Assembly (NCBI RefSeq): GCF_001194135.2
Contig: NC_068995.1
Coordinates: 8,081,938 to 8,115,474, forward strand
Direction of reading: 5' to 3'
Source of the DNA: Octopus bimaculoides
Lineage: Eukaryota
DNA: 33,537 nt
This document shows, one piece after another, positions 11,751-23,135 of this stretch. Numbering within the stretch: position 1 is the first letter of the stretch; every line of letters starts with the position of its first letter. The notes beneath the pieces were generated by a model. That model made no database searches and was not told where the DNA came from. It worked only from the letters and a program-made list of their open reading frames with translations. The position numbers and the translations under genes are program-made.

Positions 11751-12068
11751 ACTGGTACTCCGTCAGTTACAACAACGAGGGTTCCAGTTGATCTGATCAA
11801 CAGAAGAGTCTCCACGTTATATTAACGTGCAAGTGGCTGAACACTCCACAGACACGTGTACCCTTAACGTAGTTATCTGGAAAATTCAGCGTAACGAAAA
11901 GGGTGCAAAGGCTGACCTCTTAAAACACAGGTACAACTCATTTTCGGCAGCTGAGTTGTTTGGAGCAACATGAAATAAAGTGTCTTGCTCAAGGACAAAA
12001 AGCACCGCCAGGAATCGAACTCATGACCTTACGGTCGTCAACCCACTACCACCGACACTAAACCACGT
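11751..12068 (-). mobile_element. tRNA-derived CORE-SINE, family B, with (TATG)n tail
   Basis: Box B GAGTTCGATTCC, CORE-like GTCCTTGAGCAAGACACTTTATTTCATGTTGCTCC, tail AACTACGTTAAGGGTACACGTGTCTGTGGAGTG. Same tail as 19527 and 25251. Confidence 0.9.
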
Positions 12069-12316
12069 ATGTATGCTTAGATGTGTATGTTTGGACTATC
12101 TATATATCTATCTATCTATGTATCTATCTATCTATCTATCTATCTATCTAACTGCATATCTATCTACATACATACATACATACATTCATACGTATTGTTA
12201 TATGTATGTTTGTGTGTTTGTCTGAGTGTCAAGTATTTATGATCATGCATGATTAGAGAGACGAGTACGGAGAATTAAGTTTCATTATGTATCACTATAT
12301 ACTTCATTATACATAC

Positions 12317-12433
12317 CTTTAGGTCCTCGAGGACCTGAGGGGCCTTGAGGACCTGTTAAGCCATGAAGTCCTGATTCACCTGGCTCACCTTTTGTTCCGA
12401 TGTTACCTTTGTCACCTTTTTCGCCCTTTACTC
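12317..12433 (-). CDS. Collagen triple-helix exon, 13 uninterrupted Gly-X-Y triplets (GVKGEKGDKGNIGTKGEPGESGLHGLTGPQGPSGPRGPK-G)
   Basis: Acceptor tttttctattttcaag|GA, donor AAAG|gtatgt. 117 bp = 13x9, with split Gly codons at both ends (phase 1-1). Confidence 0.93.
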
Positions 12434-12804
12434 CTTGAAAATAGAAAAACAATTGAGGTTGCATAATTAGTAGTAGTAGTAGTAGAAGAAATAGTAACAA
12501 GAACAACAGCAACAGCAACAGCAATAATAATGGTTTCAAATTTTGCCACAGTAAATATCTCCGTTGCTTTTTATTCTCTGCATGTAGTTTGACAGAACTT
12601 GCCGAACATTTTACACCAAACGGCTGCAATCTTAAAAAAAGACTTGAAAGTGCATCTTAGAAAATATTCTGAATTTGCTACACATTCAGTCCTCAAAATG
12701 CAAGAGGAGCAATATGTCTGTGAGTTATTAACATCACGCTCTGGCGGGATGAATAATGTGGCGGGTGAATTTCATATTTACACAAAACTGTTTCATTATA
12801 TGTT

Positions 12805-13064
12805 CTTTTTCCTTTTCTTTACCCTTTTTCTCTTTCTTTCCTTTGTAATCTGCAGGTTTGTCGAATCACTTGCCGAGACACTCTCAGCATCCTAGGGCGA
12901 GTGAAGGATAAGACATGTTACAGTATGACTGAAGTCTTGTTAAGGAGGGGGGCCGGGTAGAATGGCGGGGGCAGTAGGGAAATAAATTGATAAGGTTGTT
13001 CTAAGGATGTGAGCAGTACTTAGCACAATCTTATGGATTCCCCTGAGACATGGTCCTCCTGGGA

Positions 13065-13066
<2 letters not shown>
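12805..13066 (-). mobile_element. Very short 5'-truncated R4/Dong-like retrotransposon 3' end
   Basis: Directly after (AAT)n on the minus strand it encodes NIPGGPCLRGIHKIVLSTAHILRTTLSI, matching the IPG..L.EIQKIVL.TAHILR..LS C-terminus of RLE ORFs. This is followed by a 3'-UTR-like segment and an A-rich end. The 3' boundary is approximate. Confidence 0.75.

Positions 13067-13117
<51 letters not shown>
13067..13117. repeat. (ATT)n microsatellite
   Basis: Read directly from the sequence. Confidence 0.95.
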
Positions 13118-13118
<1 letters not shown>

Positions 13119-13273
13119 GCACCGTTTGGTTAAATAATTGAAGCAAAACTGTCCTGATACTGAGCTAAAAATCCTCTAAGTACTAGGCCGCGCTTTTTTC
13201 TGTGATATTTGTAGGACAGTTCTAATTCGATCGACAATCGAAAACAAGAAATGTTCATGCCACTTCAGCTAAC

Positions 13274-13310
13274 CTTTGGTTATACATGACCTTACATGGC
13301 CCTCGCTAGA
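13274..13310 (-). CDS. Candidate 37-nt exon immediately upstream of the collagen exon (SSEGHVRSCITK-G)
   Basis: Acceptor tttctcgtttactaattggctgcag| with branch-point-like TACTAAT, donor AAAG|gttagc. Phase 0-1; its last G completes the first Gly of the collagen exon. Confidence 0.45.
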
Positions 13311-13512
13311 CTGCAGCCAATTAGTAAACGAGAAACGTAATATATTTAAATTTACATTAAAATAAAATTAAATAAAATTAAATCTATAATTAATCTGAAA
13401 TGATTTCCTTGTTATATTTATTTAGCAATTTATTTTTTAATATTATTTTCTGCTATTTAATGTCTTAAATATTCGAGGTTTGAGCCAAATTTTGGTATCA
13501 TGCTTAACTTAC

Positions 13513-13535
13513 CATGGTTTAAATTGGAACAAAAT
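13513..13535 (-). other. Candidate 23-nt micro-exon ending in ATG|gtaagt
   Basis: About 85-nt AG-free T-rich stretch ending aattag|, then ATTTTGTTCCAATTTAAACCATG and a consensus donor gtaagt. Confidence 0.35.
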
Positions 13536-13992
13536 CTAATTAAAAAATTGAATAACGACAAAAAGAAAATATTGGCGAAATAAAAATTGATAACAAAAAT
13601 AATTTTAAATTAAAAAAAAAACTCAATACAAAAAAATTATATATTAAATAAAAGTTAATCAATAATTGCAAGTAATAAACAAATAATTATTATTCTAGTG
13701 ATTAATTTTTTTTCACATTTAGTGCAACCAGACACATCACTAATGTTGTCCTGTCTTTTATTCTCGCTTTTTTCCTTCTTTTCCTTTGTATGTTTGCAAA
13801 AAAATCTTAATATGTTTAAGTTTAATTTATTAAAACAAATAGCAATATAAATGAAGTTTGATAAATGAAATAACGAGAACACGATGATTGTCTAAATTTT
13901 CAACGAGAGAAAAGAATCTAACGGGTCCATATGTTATATTTATAGTTTTATAAATATTTGTAATTTGCAAATATTTATATATTTTTTTTTAC

Positions 13993-14036
13993 CTGTTACC
14001 AATAAATGATTATTATTACGTTTATTGGAGGAGAAA
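13993..14036 (-). other. Candidate 44-nt exon
   Basis: Strong acceptor tttgtttcaccttttactttcttag|, donor ACAG|gtaaaa. Only the phase 2-1 frame is open (FSSNKRNNNHLLVT-G). Confidence 0.3.
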
Positions 14037-14458
14037 CTAAGAAAGTAAAAGGTGAAACAAATAGATTACGTATATGTATACGTATACAAACTGAAATCAA
14101 CACGGCACTTTTTCTCACTCTCTCTCCATCTCTGTTTCTGCCGCTACACTTTATGCATGCATACATACATTGATACATACATACACGTACGTACATACCC
14201 ACATACGTACACACATACGTTCATAGATACATACGTACATACACACATATATATATATATATAAATGTATATATATATACATATNNNNNNNNNNNNNNNN
14301 NNNNNNNNNNNNNNNNNNNNNNNNNNNNNNNNNNNNNNNNNNNNNNNNNNNNNNNNNNNNNNNNNNNNNNNNNNNNNNNNNNNNNNNNNTATAGAGAGAG
14401 AGAGAGAGAGAGATAGATATATACATAGATAGATAGACAGATATATATATATATATAT

Positions 14459-14499
<41 letters not shown>

Positions 14500-16833
14500 C
14501 ATGGATGTAGATTGGGATTTAGATAGTTCTTATTCTTAAACAAGAATATTGATAGGGATTTCGAAGATTCGGCCAATTAAGTCGTCATTATAACTGACCA
14601 TAGAAATAAACATTGTCAAGTATATAGGTGGTGTGTGCGTGTGTGTGTGTGTGTGTGAGTGTGTGTGTTTGTGTGTGTGTGTTTGTGTTTATGTGTGTGG
14701 GGGAATGTTAGTGCGAGTGTGTGAGCGTGAGTGGGTGTGTGTGAATACGGAGAAGAGAGACACAAATGTACACACACACACACATAACTACAAAGACAGA
14801 GACAGTCATACAGATAGACAGACAGGGAGAGAAACAAAGAAGAGAGACAGAATAGGAGGGAGAGATAGAAAGAAAAAGAGAAAGGCAAAGAGAGACCGAG
14901 AGGGCTTATGTATATATATGCATGTACATGCGCATAAAATTAAGCAAAATATGAAGAATACAATTAAACGCTTTCCGTAGGGTATACGAAGTAAAATATT
15001 CCAATCCGAAATACATGTATATGCGCATAGACATAGCCCAAACGCGTGCGCGTGCACGTGCACTCACTCACGCCCCCTCCCCACAAAATACACACATACA
15101 CACATATTTATATATACACACNNNNNNNNNNNNNNNNNNNNNNNNNNNNNNNNNNNNNNNNNNNNNNNNNNNNNNNNNNNNNNNNNNNNNNNNNNNNNNN
15201 NNNNNNNNNNNNNNNNNNNNNNNNNNNNNNNNNNNNNNNNNNNNNNNNNNNNNNNNNNNNNNNNNNNNNNNNNNNNNNNNNNNNNNNNNNNNNNNNNNNN
15301 NNNNNNNNNNNNNNNNNNNNNNNNNNNNNNNNNNNNNNNNNNNNNNNNNNNNNNNNNNNNNNNNNNNNNNNNNNNNNNNNNNNNNNNNNNNNNNNNNNNN
15401 NNNCACGCCCCCTCCCCACAAAATACACACATACACACATATTTATATATACACACGATGGGCTTTCACTTTTTTTCTACCAAATCCCTTCGCAAGGTTT
15501 TGATTGGCTGGGAGCGATGGTAAGAGATATTCGCCCAAGGCAACAAGCAGTGAGACAGAATACAGAGCCCTGCGTACACACCCACACACATAGATACATA
15601 TAGTTATACAAATATACATACACTCACACATGTTTTCAAATGTTGCGATTCATCCCAATGAAAGGTGAAGTAGTGTCTTTTAGTGTGTTGGATGAATTTC
15701 GTACACACACTCAGGCATGTGAAAGCGCACGCGCATAAAACTTGCACACACACACACAACCTTATACATGCAAACATATATGAGCACATCCACACACACA
15801 CACAGATACAAATACTTTCAAACTTACATAAGCACATGCACACATAATTACAGACACGCACACCTACCAATACATATATATATTCAAATGTTACGCTTTA
15901 GAAACAAAATTGGAATAAGGTACTCAATAATTGGTGCAGACATACTGCTTCATTACTACGTACCCTTTGCGTTTACTCAACAGCAGCAACGAAATATTAC
16001 CACACTGCAGACACTTGAACAAATTCACCTCGACAAAAAAGAAAAAAAAAGCAACAACTTAGCCTGAATTGCAGACCGTGTAAATATCAGATGGCGTAAT
16101 AATATTGGAGATAAAAGTGGTGACCCAGTTGCAATTAACACAGTGACAAGCAAGACGCCGCACTGCCTATTAATGCTAACAAACGAACTGCCAACTGACA
16201 ACAAAGCGGTATAGTAACATAATGTCAATTAGGTAGAATTTCGAGAAAACGAAAAGAACGATATCGTCTATGAACCATTAAGTAAATACAATAAAATTCT
16301 GTGATAAACCGATATTTTAAATAACTCGGTCAGAGATCAGTCTGAGGTTTGTTAGTGACTGGAGGCGCCAGGCACTCCTTGTGAGGAGAAACTTGATGTG
16401 ATCAATTAAACATCGCAGTCAAATAACCGAATCCATTCAATGTGTAATATGGAAGATATTACAAATAGAAATAGGTAAAATGTAACATTGAATTCTTCAT
16501 AAAAAAAAACAAAAAAAACGAAAATCAAAAGCTGTAGAATAAGAATCGAAACAAATTATCGATGCCCGATTATAAGTATATTTAATTAAGTATATTTAAT
16601 TTTGATATTGCTCAGATAAGGACTGATAAATTAAGTATTTAGAAGATTAGGAGCCTGCAAGGAATCGTTGCTGGATAACAATCTGCGTTGTCAGTCTTGC
16701 TGTGCTTGAAACTTATTGATTAATTAATGTTGTTCAAATAGATAAATGATCGATGACGTTCCAGCTACGACTACCCTCACGTTTATATATATATATATAT
16801 ATATATATACATACATAAACACACACACATCTA

Positions 16834-16915
<82 letters not shown>

Positions 16916-19021
16916 CACACGCACACGCACACACACACACACATCAACGTATTCAGCCAGGTTCTAAAATCTGCAGAGTGTGATTTCATGAAGATTTTCT
17001 CGTTAATTCTCGCACACTAATGGCGTAATATAAGTTTTGGTTTTGTTGCTGCTACTGGTGTTACTATTCTTATTAAAAATCTTGCTGTTTTTTTTATCCA
17101 CAGTTCAAATCTAAATGAACAGAAAATAATCGAAGACGATCAATACCAGTCAATACTATCATGTTTTTCTCAGGCACTGTGTTTGGTATTGCATTATCTT
17201 GTTGCCTTCCATTTTTAGAAAGGCAGAGTGCTATTCAAATAAGATTTGGCTCCCACTTTTTGAAAATAAAACTAAAATATGGACGCACTTTCGTTTGCAT
17301 GTATTAAAGGGCATTTTAAAGAATGTTTGAAGACCAATGATTTACGAAAACAATTTGCTTCTGACAATTATATCGTGAAGTATCATACTTTTGGTCCAGT
17401 TAATTTTAAGCCACGATATTTTAAAATCAAATCTAATAAGGAAAGACGAATAATATGAGTTTTACGAAGCAATCTTCAAAGCACATTTATGATGAAGAGG
17501 ACTAGTAATACATGGTCTAGAGAATATTATATATTTGAATTAACTTTACAATTTTATAAGGCTCTATTTTGTAAATGAACTTCGTTTTATTAACACCATA
17601 TTTTACAGAAAGAAAAGAAGAGAAAACATTACAAGTAGAAAAGATAAAGTCCTCGGGAAAAAACACCCCCCATAATTACCTCACCGAGAAAACAAAGAAA
17701 ATGTGGCCATTGACGCTTAGATAGTGACGCTCTTTATGCAAAGGAGTGTGGAATTTTTCCGTTATACTACTTGCTATTAAATAAGAAGTGTCATTCTCAA
17801 CTGTCTGTCTACTTTACTCGCTCAGCAGAATACAACAAACATCCCAGCAATATCACTATAAAAAAACCATTATGCAAACATTAAGTATACGTCTTGTTCA
17901 CTCCCAAGATTTTTCAGTGAATTTCATCCCACTAATTCCCTGATTAAAATTTCGAACTCCAACATAAAGATGAATCGAACTCACGAATTTAAAATGAACT
18001 AACTTAGAATATATATATATATATANNNNNNNNNNNNNNNNNNNNNNNNNNNNNNNNNNNNNNNNNNNNNNNNNNNNNNNNNNNNNNNNNNNNNNNNNNN
18101 NNNNNNNNNNNNNNNNNNNNNNNNNNNNNNNNNNNNNNNNNNNNNNNNNNNNNNNNNNNNNNNNNNNNNNNNNNNNNNNNNNNNNNNNNNNNNNNNNNNN
18201 NNNNNNNNNNNNNNNNNNNNNNNNNNNNNNNNNNNNNNNNNNNNNNNNNNNNNNNNNNNNNNNNNNNNNNNNNNNNNNNNNNNNNNNNNNNNNNNNNNNN
18301 NNNNNNNNNNNNNNNNNNNNNNNNNNNNNNNNNNNNNNNNNNNNNNNNNNNNNNNNNNNNNNNNNNNNNNNNNNNNNNNNNNNNNNNNNNNNNNNNNNNN
18401 NNNNNNNNNNNNNNNNNNNNNNNNNNNNNNNNNNNNNNNNNNNNNNNNNNNNNNNNNNNNNNNNNNNNNNNNNNNNNNNNNNNNNNNNNNNNNNNNNNNN
18501 NNNNNNNNNNNNNNNNNNNNNNNNNNNNNNNNNNNNNNNNNNNNNNNNNNNNNNNNNNNNNNNNNNNNNNNNNNNNNNNNNNNNNNNNNNNNNNNNNNNN
18601 NNNNNNNNNNNNNNNNNNNNNNNNNNNNNNNNNNNNNNNNNNNNNNNNNNNNNNNNNNNNNNNNNNNNNNNNNNNNNNNNNNNNNNNNNNNNNNNNNNNN
18701 NNNNNNNNNNNNNNNNNNNNNNNNNNNNNNNNNNNNNNNNNNNNNNNNNNNNNNNNNNNNNNNNNNNNNNNNNNNNNNNNNNNNNNNNNNNNNNNNNNNN
18801 NNNNNNNNNNNNNNNNNNNNNNNNNNNNNNNNNNNNNNNNNNNNNTATATATATATATATACATAAATGTGTGGACGAGAGAAAGAGAGAGCGAGAAAGA
18901 TAGATATATATAGACATACGCACACAACCAAACTCACACACACACACACACAAAAACGCACGCACACGCACACACGCATAAACACACGAATATATATACA
19001 TATATACCCGCGCATACCCAC

Positions 19022-19223
19022 CCACGCCCGCTATACTCCTCTCCATCATATGAGACACGTCATCATTTATATTCCAATTAACAAATCTCCGATATTCCTG
19101 CTGTCTCGTTTCACCATTGTCGTAATTTAGTTTCAGCCAACGTAACACAGCTTTTACGTTCTTATCAATTAAATAAGTTTCTCTCTTGATTATAATAAAT
19201 TTAATCTTATTTACTATTTGCCA
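19022..19223 (-). CDS. Possible coding exon (WQIVNKIKF...KAVLRWLKLNYDNGETRQQEYRRFVNW...)
   Basis: Acceptor cttttgaatttcag|, 67 open non-repetitive codons, donor TGG|gtgggt. No convincing family match. Confidence 0.2.
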
Positions 19224-19282
19224 CTGAAATTCAAAAGCTACCGGCATTAATGATATTCTCGTCGTCTCTCATATTAATATTT

Positions 19283-19341
<59 letters not shown>

Positions 19342-19409
19342 CATAATAATAGAGTTCACCATTATCATAGACGTCCTCCTCCTTATTATCGTTACAACAA
19401 CTACTCCCC

Positions 19410-19454
<45 letters not shown>

Positions 19455-19526
19455 TCATCCTCCTTATTATTACAATTAATTTCCTCCTCCCTTCCTTCTC
19501 CTCCCCATCCACAATATATATATTGT

Positions 19527-19830
19527 GGAGGCGCATGTCATAGTGGTTAGGGCATTCGTCTCACGATCGTAAGGTCGTGAGTTCAAATTCCCGCCGACGC
19601 GTCCTATCCTTGAGCAAGACACTTTATTTCACGTTGCTCCAGTCCACTCAGCTGGCAAAAATGAGTTGTACATGTATCTCGAAGGGTCACCCTTGTTACA
19701 CTCTACGTCACGCTGAATCTCCCTGAGAACTACGTTAAGAGTACACGTGGCTGTGAAGTACTCAGCCACTTGGATGTTAATTTCAGGAGGAAGCTGGGAT
19801 CCTCGACGCCGTTACCGACGGAGTACTCCA
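19527..19830 (+). mobile_element. tRNA-derived CORE-SINE, family B
   Basis: Head GGAGGCGCATGTCATAGTGGTTAGGGC..GAGTTCAAATTCCC, CORE-like CCTTGAGCAAGACACTTTATTTCACGTTGCTCCAGTCCACTCAGCTGGCAAAAATGAG, shared tail ending TAACCGACGGAG-like. Confidence 0.9.
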
Positions 19831-19831
19831 T

Positions 19832-19909
19832 GGTGCCAGAAGATAGGTCCGAACCCGGAACAATCTGATTGGGAAGCAAACGTCATACCACACAGCCACG
19901 TCTGGGCCT
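19832..19909 (-). mobile_element. tRNA-like head fragment of SINE family C
   Basis: Minus strand GTGGCTGTGTGGTATGACGTTTGCTTCCCAATCAGATTGTTCCGGGTTCGGAC matches the heads at 6338 and 30216. Confidence 0.75.
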
Positions 19910-19916
19910 AGAATAT

Positions 19917-20109
19917 AAGATCCGTTCTTCTATAGGCATATAGGGTCTGAAATTTTAGAAGAAAGGTCTCGAAAGTTACTTATTTCATCGACCCTGAAAA
20001 GTTGAAAAATGCAAGTTCGACCTCAGCAGAAGTAGAACACGGGACATAAGTACGGACGAAACGCAGCTAACATTTTTGTCCGGTGTGCTAATGATTCTGC
20101 CATCTCCCT
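19917..20109 (-). mobile_element. SINE family A, diverged copy
   Basis: Minus strand GATGGCAGAATCATTAGCACACCGGAC...GAGGTCGAACTTGC...GGGTCGATGAAATAAGTA...GCCTATAGAAGAACGGAT. Confidence 0.8.
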
Positions 20110-20718
20110 CTTTTGGAATTATATGCAATATCCACGCCCTACTGTCAATAGCGACATGTAGCGACAACCACATGTTATCACAGATAATATCAAAAGATAC
20201 ATGTTGAGAGAAGTAGACTCCATCAATGTGAACATGCTGTAAGGCCCTACACTGTCTGTAGCTCCATCTAGTGATGCCTCGATATTATTAATATTATTTC
20301 ATTATGTTAATATCATTTAATGAATGTGATATAACGCCTACTTGAAAACTCTTCCAGCTCCTTCTGTTTCTCTGTATGCAACTTCACATGAATCCGATTT
20401 TAGAAGATATATTCCACTTAAGTAAAATTGTGTGTCTGTCTGTGTATGTACACCGGCGTGTTTTGTTTGTGGCATGAGTGTATATGTGTGTAACTATATA
20501 AGTATGTATATCTATCTATCTATCGAAAGATTCCCATATGCCTATAGAATATAATGGATACGTGCCTAATTAGATAAACCCATATCACACACTGTTATAT
20601 ATGAGCGTGTTATATATATATTTGTATATATATATATATATATATACATACATATATATATATACACACATATATGCATATGTATATGGGTATATATATG
20701 TAATAGTTATTTGTGCAA

Positions 20719-20762
<44 letters not shown>

Positions 20763-20805
20763 TTATATGTATGTATGTGAATATATGTATTTGTATGCTT
20801 ATGTG

Positions 20806-20857
<52 letters not shown>

Positions 20858-21313
20858 CATATGTATTTTTGTACGTATATATATATGTGTGTGCGACACA
20901 TACACAAACAGACACACAGATACTCACTAACACTTATATTGATATCATCATTTCTAACATATGGCTCTTGCTTTTCATTAGTGTGCATCCTTAATATAAA
21001 CTTATCTCACGTTAATCCATCAGCAACTCTGATATGTCAAGGACCATTAACTTCCCTCTCTCCAGCAAAACTGATACTAGAGACTTATAAGATATCTCCA
21101 TGATACTCTGCCTTCAATACAATCACGATAGCCCTAATATTATCGTTCAGATATGATTTATATAGTTTCCAGCAGGTTTATATATAGAAACCTTACTTGC
21201 TGTTTTGAAACGCTAGAGCTTTTGTCTACCTTGATATACTTGTGGGTAATTTGGGGGATCATGTTAAAATATGAGCATCGTTGTTGCTTTCAATATGTCT
21301 ATTGTGTGAGACC

Positions 21314-21515
21314 GGTGAGCTGGCGGAATCGTTAGCAGGCCGGGCGAAATACCTCGTGATATTTCGTCTGCCGTTACGTTCTGAGTACAAATTCCGCCGC
21401 GGTCGACTTTACCTTTCATGTTTTCGGGGTCAATTAAATAAGTAGCCGTTAGGCACTTTCTCTGACCTTGTTAGTCCCCTCTATGTCTATTCCCCCTGAG
21501 GGCAATAAAGAAATA
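21314..21515 (+). mobile_element. SINE family A (GGCAATAAAGAAATA-tail variant)
   Basis: GAGCTGGCGGAATCGTTAGC head, GGTCGACTTTACCTTTC body. Confidence 0.85.
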
Positions 21516-21535
21516 CATATTTGATGACTGTTAAA

Positions 21536-21747
21536 GGCGGGGTACTGACAGAATCGTTAGCATGCAGGGCGAAATGCTTAGCGGTATTTCGTCTGCCGTT
21601 ACGTTCTGACCACAAGTTCCGTCGAGGTCGACTTTGCCTTTCGACTTAATCTATTTGTCTGGATTAAATAATCGACTTAATCCCTTTGTCTGTCCTTGTT
21701 TGCCCCCTCTATGTTTAACACCCCTGTGGGCTATAAAGAAATAAATA
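21536..21747 (+). mobile_element. SINE family A, second copy in tandem
   Basis: GACAGAATCGTTAGCATGCAGGGCGAAATGCTTAGCGGTATTTCGTCTG head, tail GGCTATAAAGAAATA. Confidence 0.85.
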
Positions 21748-21844
21748 TATCTATTTTGTTTCAATCAACTTACATTGTTGTTTTAAAGAGGCGTATGTAT
21801 TTGAATTAATATTACCGGCGCATTCATGACGATCAAGGTCAATA

Positions 21845-21896
21845 ACATCATCATCATCATCACCGTTTTCATCATCATCATCATCATCACTGTTAT

Positions 21897-21937
<41 letters not shown>

Positions 21938-22604
21938 GCATCGTCTTCTTTGCCCCGTGATCGTTGTCGCCGTCGTCCTCCATTTCGTCATCCCCGCCAT
22001 CATTATAGTCGTGGTGGTTCCTGTCATTCTCATCGTCGTCGTCGCCGTCACCATCCTCCACTTTCCCTTCCCTCCTCGACTTCCCCCTCCTCATCATCAT
22101 CATCAACCTCATCATCATCAACGACTCCTTTAGCATCGACTTAGTGATGTTTTCGAGTGTTTTTCATTGCTTCTTAATTCTCAAGTTATTACCTTCGCTG
22201 CTGCTGTTGCTGTTGTTGTTGCTGTGGTTTCTGTATATGATGAATTTAATTGTTGCCATTGAACTGTTTTCTTTTTGTTGTTGTTTCTTCTTTTTTTTTT
22301 TCCTTTTATTTTTATTGTTTTTTTCATTTTTATGGTGTACTTCTTCTACCACTCGCCTGCAATCGTCGTTATTACTGTTCCTGTTTGTAAAGTTTCATTT
22401 GTTGTTGTTGTTGATGTTGTAGGCGTGATCATCATGTTCATCGTCATAGTTATCTTCCTCATCGTCGATGATGTTGCTGTTGTTGTTATTGTTGTTGTTG
22501 TTGTTGTCACACGTGGTAATAATAACTGAGTGATACACAGATATTCCAAGGAATCTAAAAGGATAGAGATATCATTTGATGTGGATTTCTCCTCCTCCAC
22601 TTCT

Positions 22605-22650
<46 letters not shown>

Positions 22651-22892
22651 ACTACTACTACTGCTGCTGCAGCTACTACAAATAAAAATAAATTTGAATG
22701 ATAAAATTATTATAGTAGTATTAGTAGTAGTAGTAATAATAATAATAATAAAGATGATGAGGACGATGACGATGATAATGATGATGACGATAACAATGAT
22801 GATAATAGTAATCATTAAAAAAAAAAATAAATAATAATAATTTTTAAAATTAGCCATAACGGTATTCTTGTCATTACACTTCGCACCTCACA

Positions 22893-22925
<33 letters not shown>

Positions 22926-23135
22926 CATCGTCGTCGTCGCCATCGTCATCATCATCATCACCATCGTCATCATCATCGTCATCATCACTACTACTCTCAG
23001 CGTTGCATGGATTCCAATAATCAAGAATTTTCTGATTTACCATTTTACACCGCACGTTCTACCCCACCCCCTAGCGCCACCAACGCCGCCACCACAAACT
23101 CCACCACCACTACCACCATCACTACCACCAACGCC
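21845..23135. repeat. Mosaic of trinucleotide microsatellites (CAT, CAG, TCG, GTT, CTT, CTA, AAT, GAT, CAC)
   Basis: Read directly from the sequence. Confidence 0.9.

Noticed and set aside
13655-13882. ORF resembling a type II membrane collagen N-terminus (basic tail then IIIICLLLAII)
   Set aside because: No credible donor before the stop and a weak acceptor; AT-rich compositional effect.
15069-15457. ~53-bp direct repeat on both sides of a gap (a similar case flanks the gap at 31867-31876)
   Set aside because: Identical sequence flanking N runs is most likely an unmerged contig overlap.
4840-19021. The longest ORFs (180-449 aa)
   Set aside because: They span N gaps (about 5080-5719, 9074-9486, 15122-15403, 18026-18845), so their length is an artefact.
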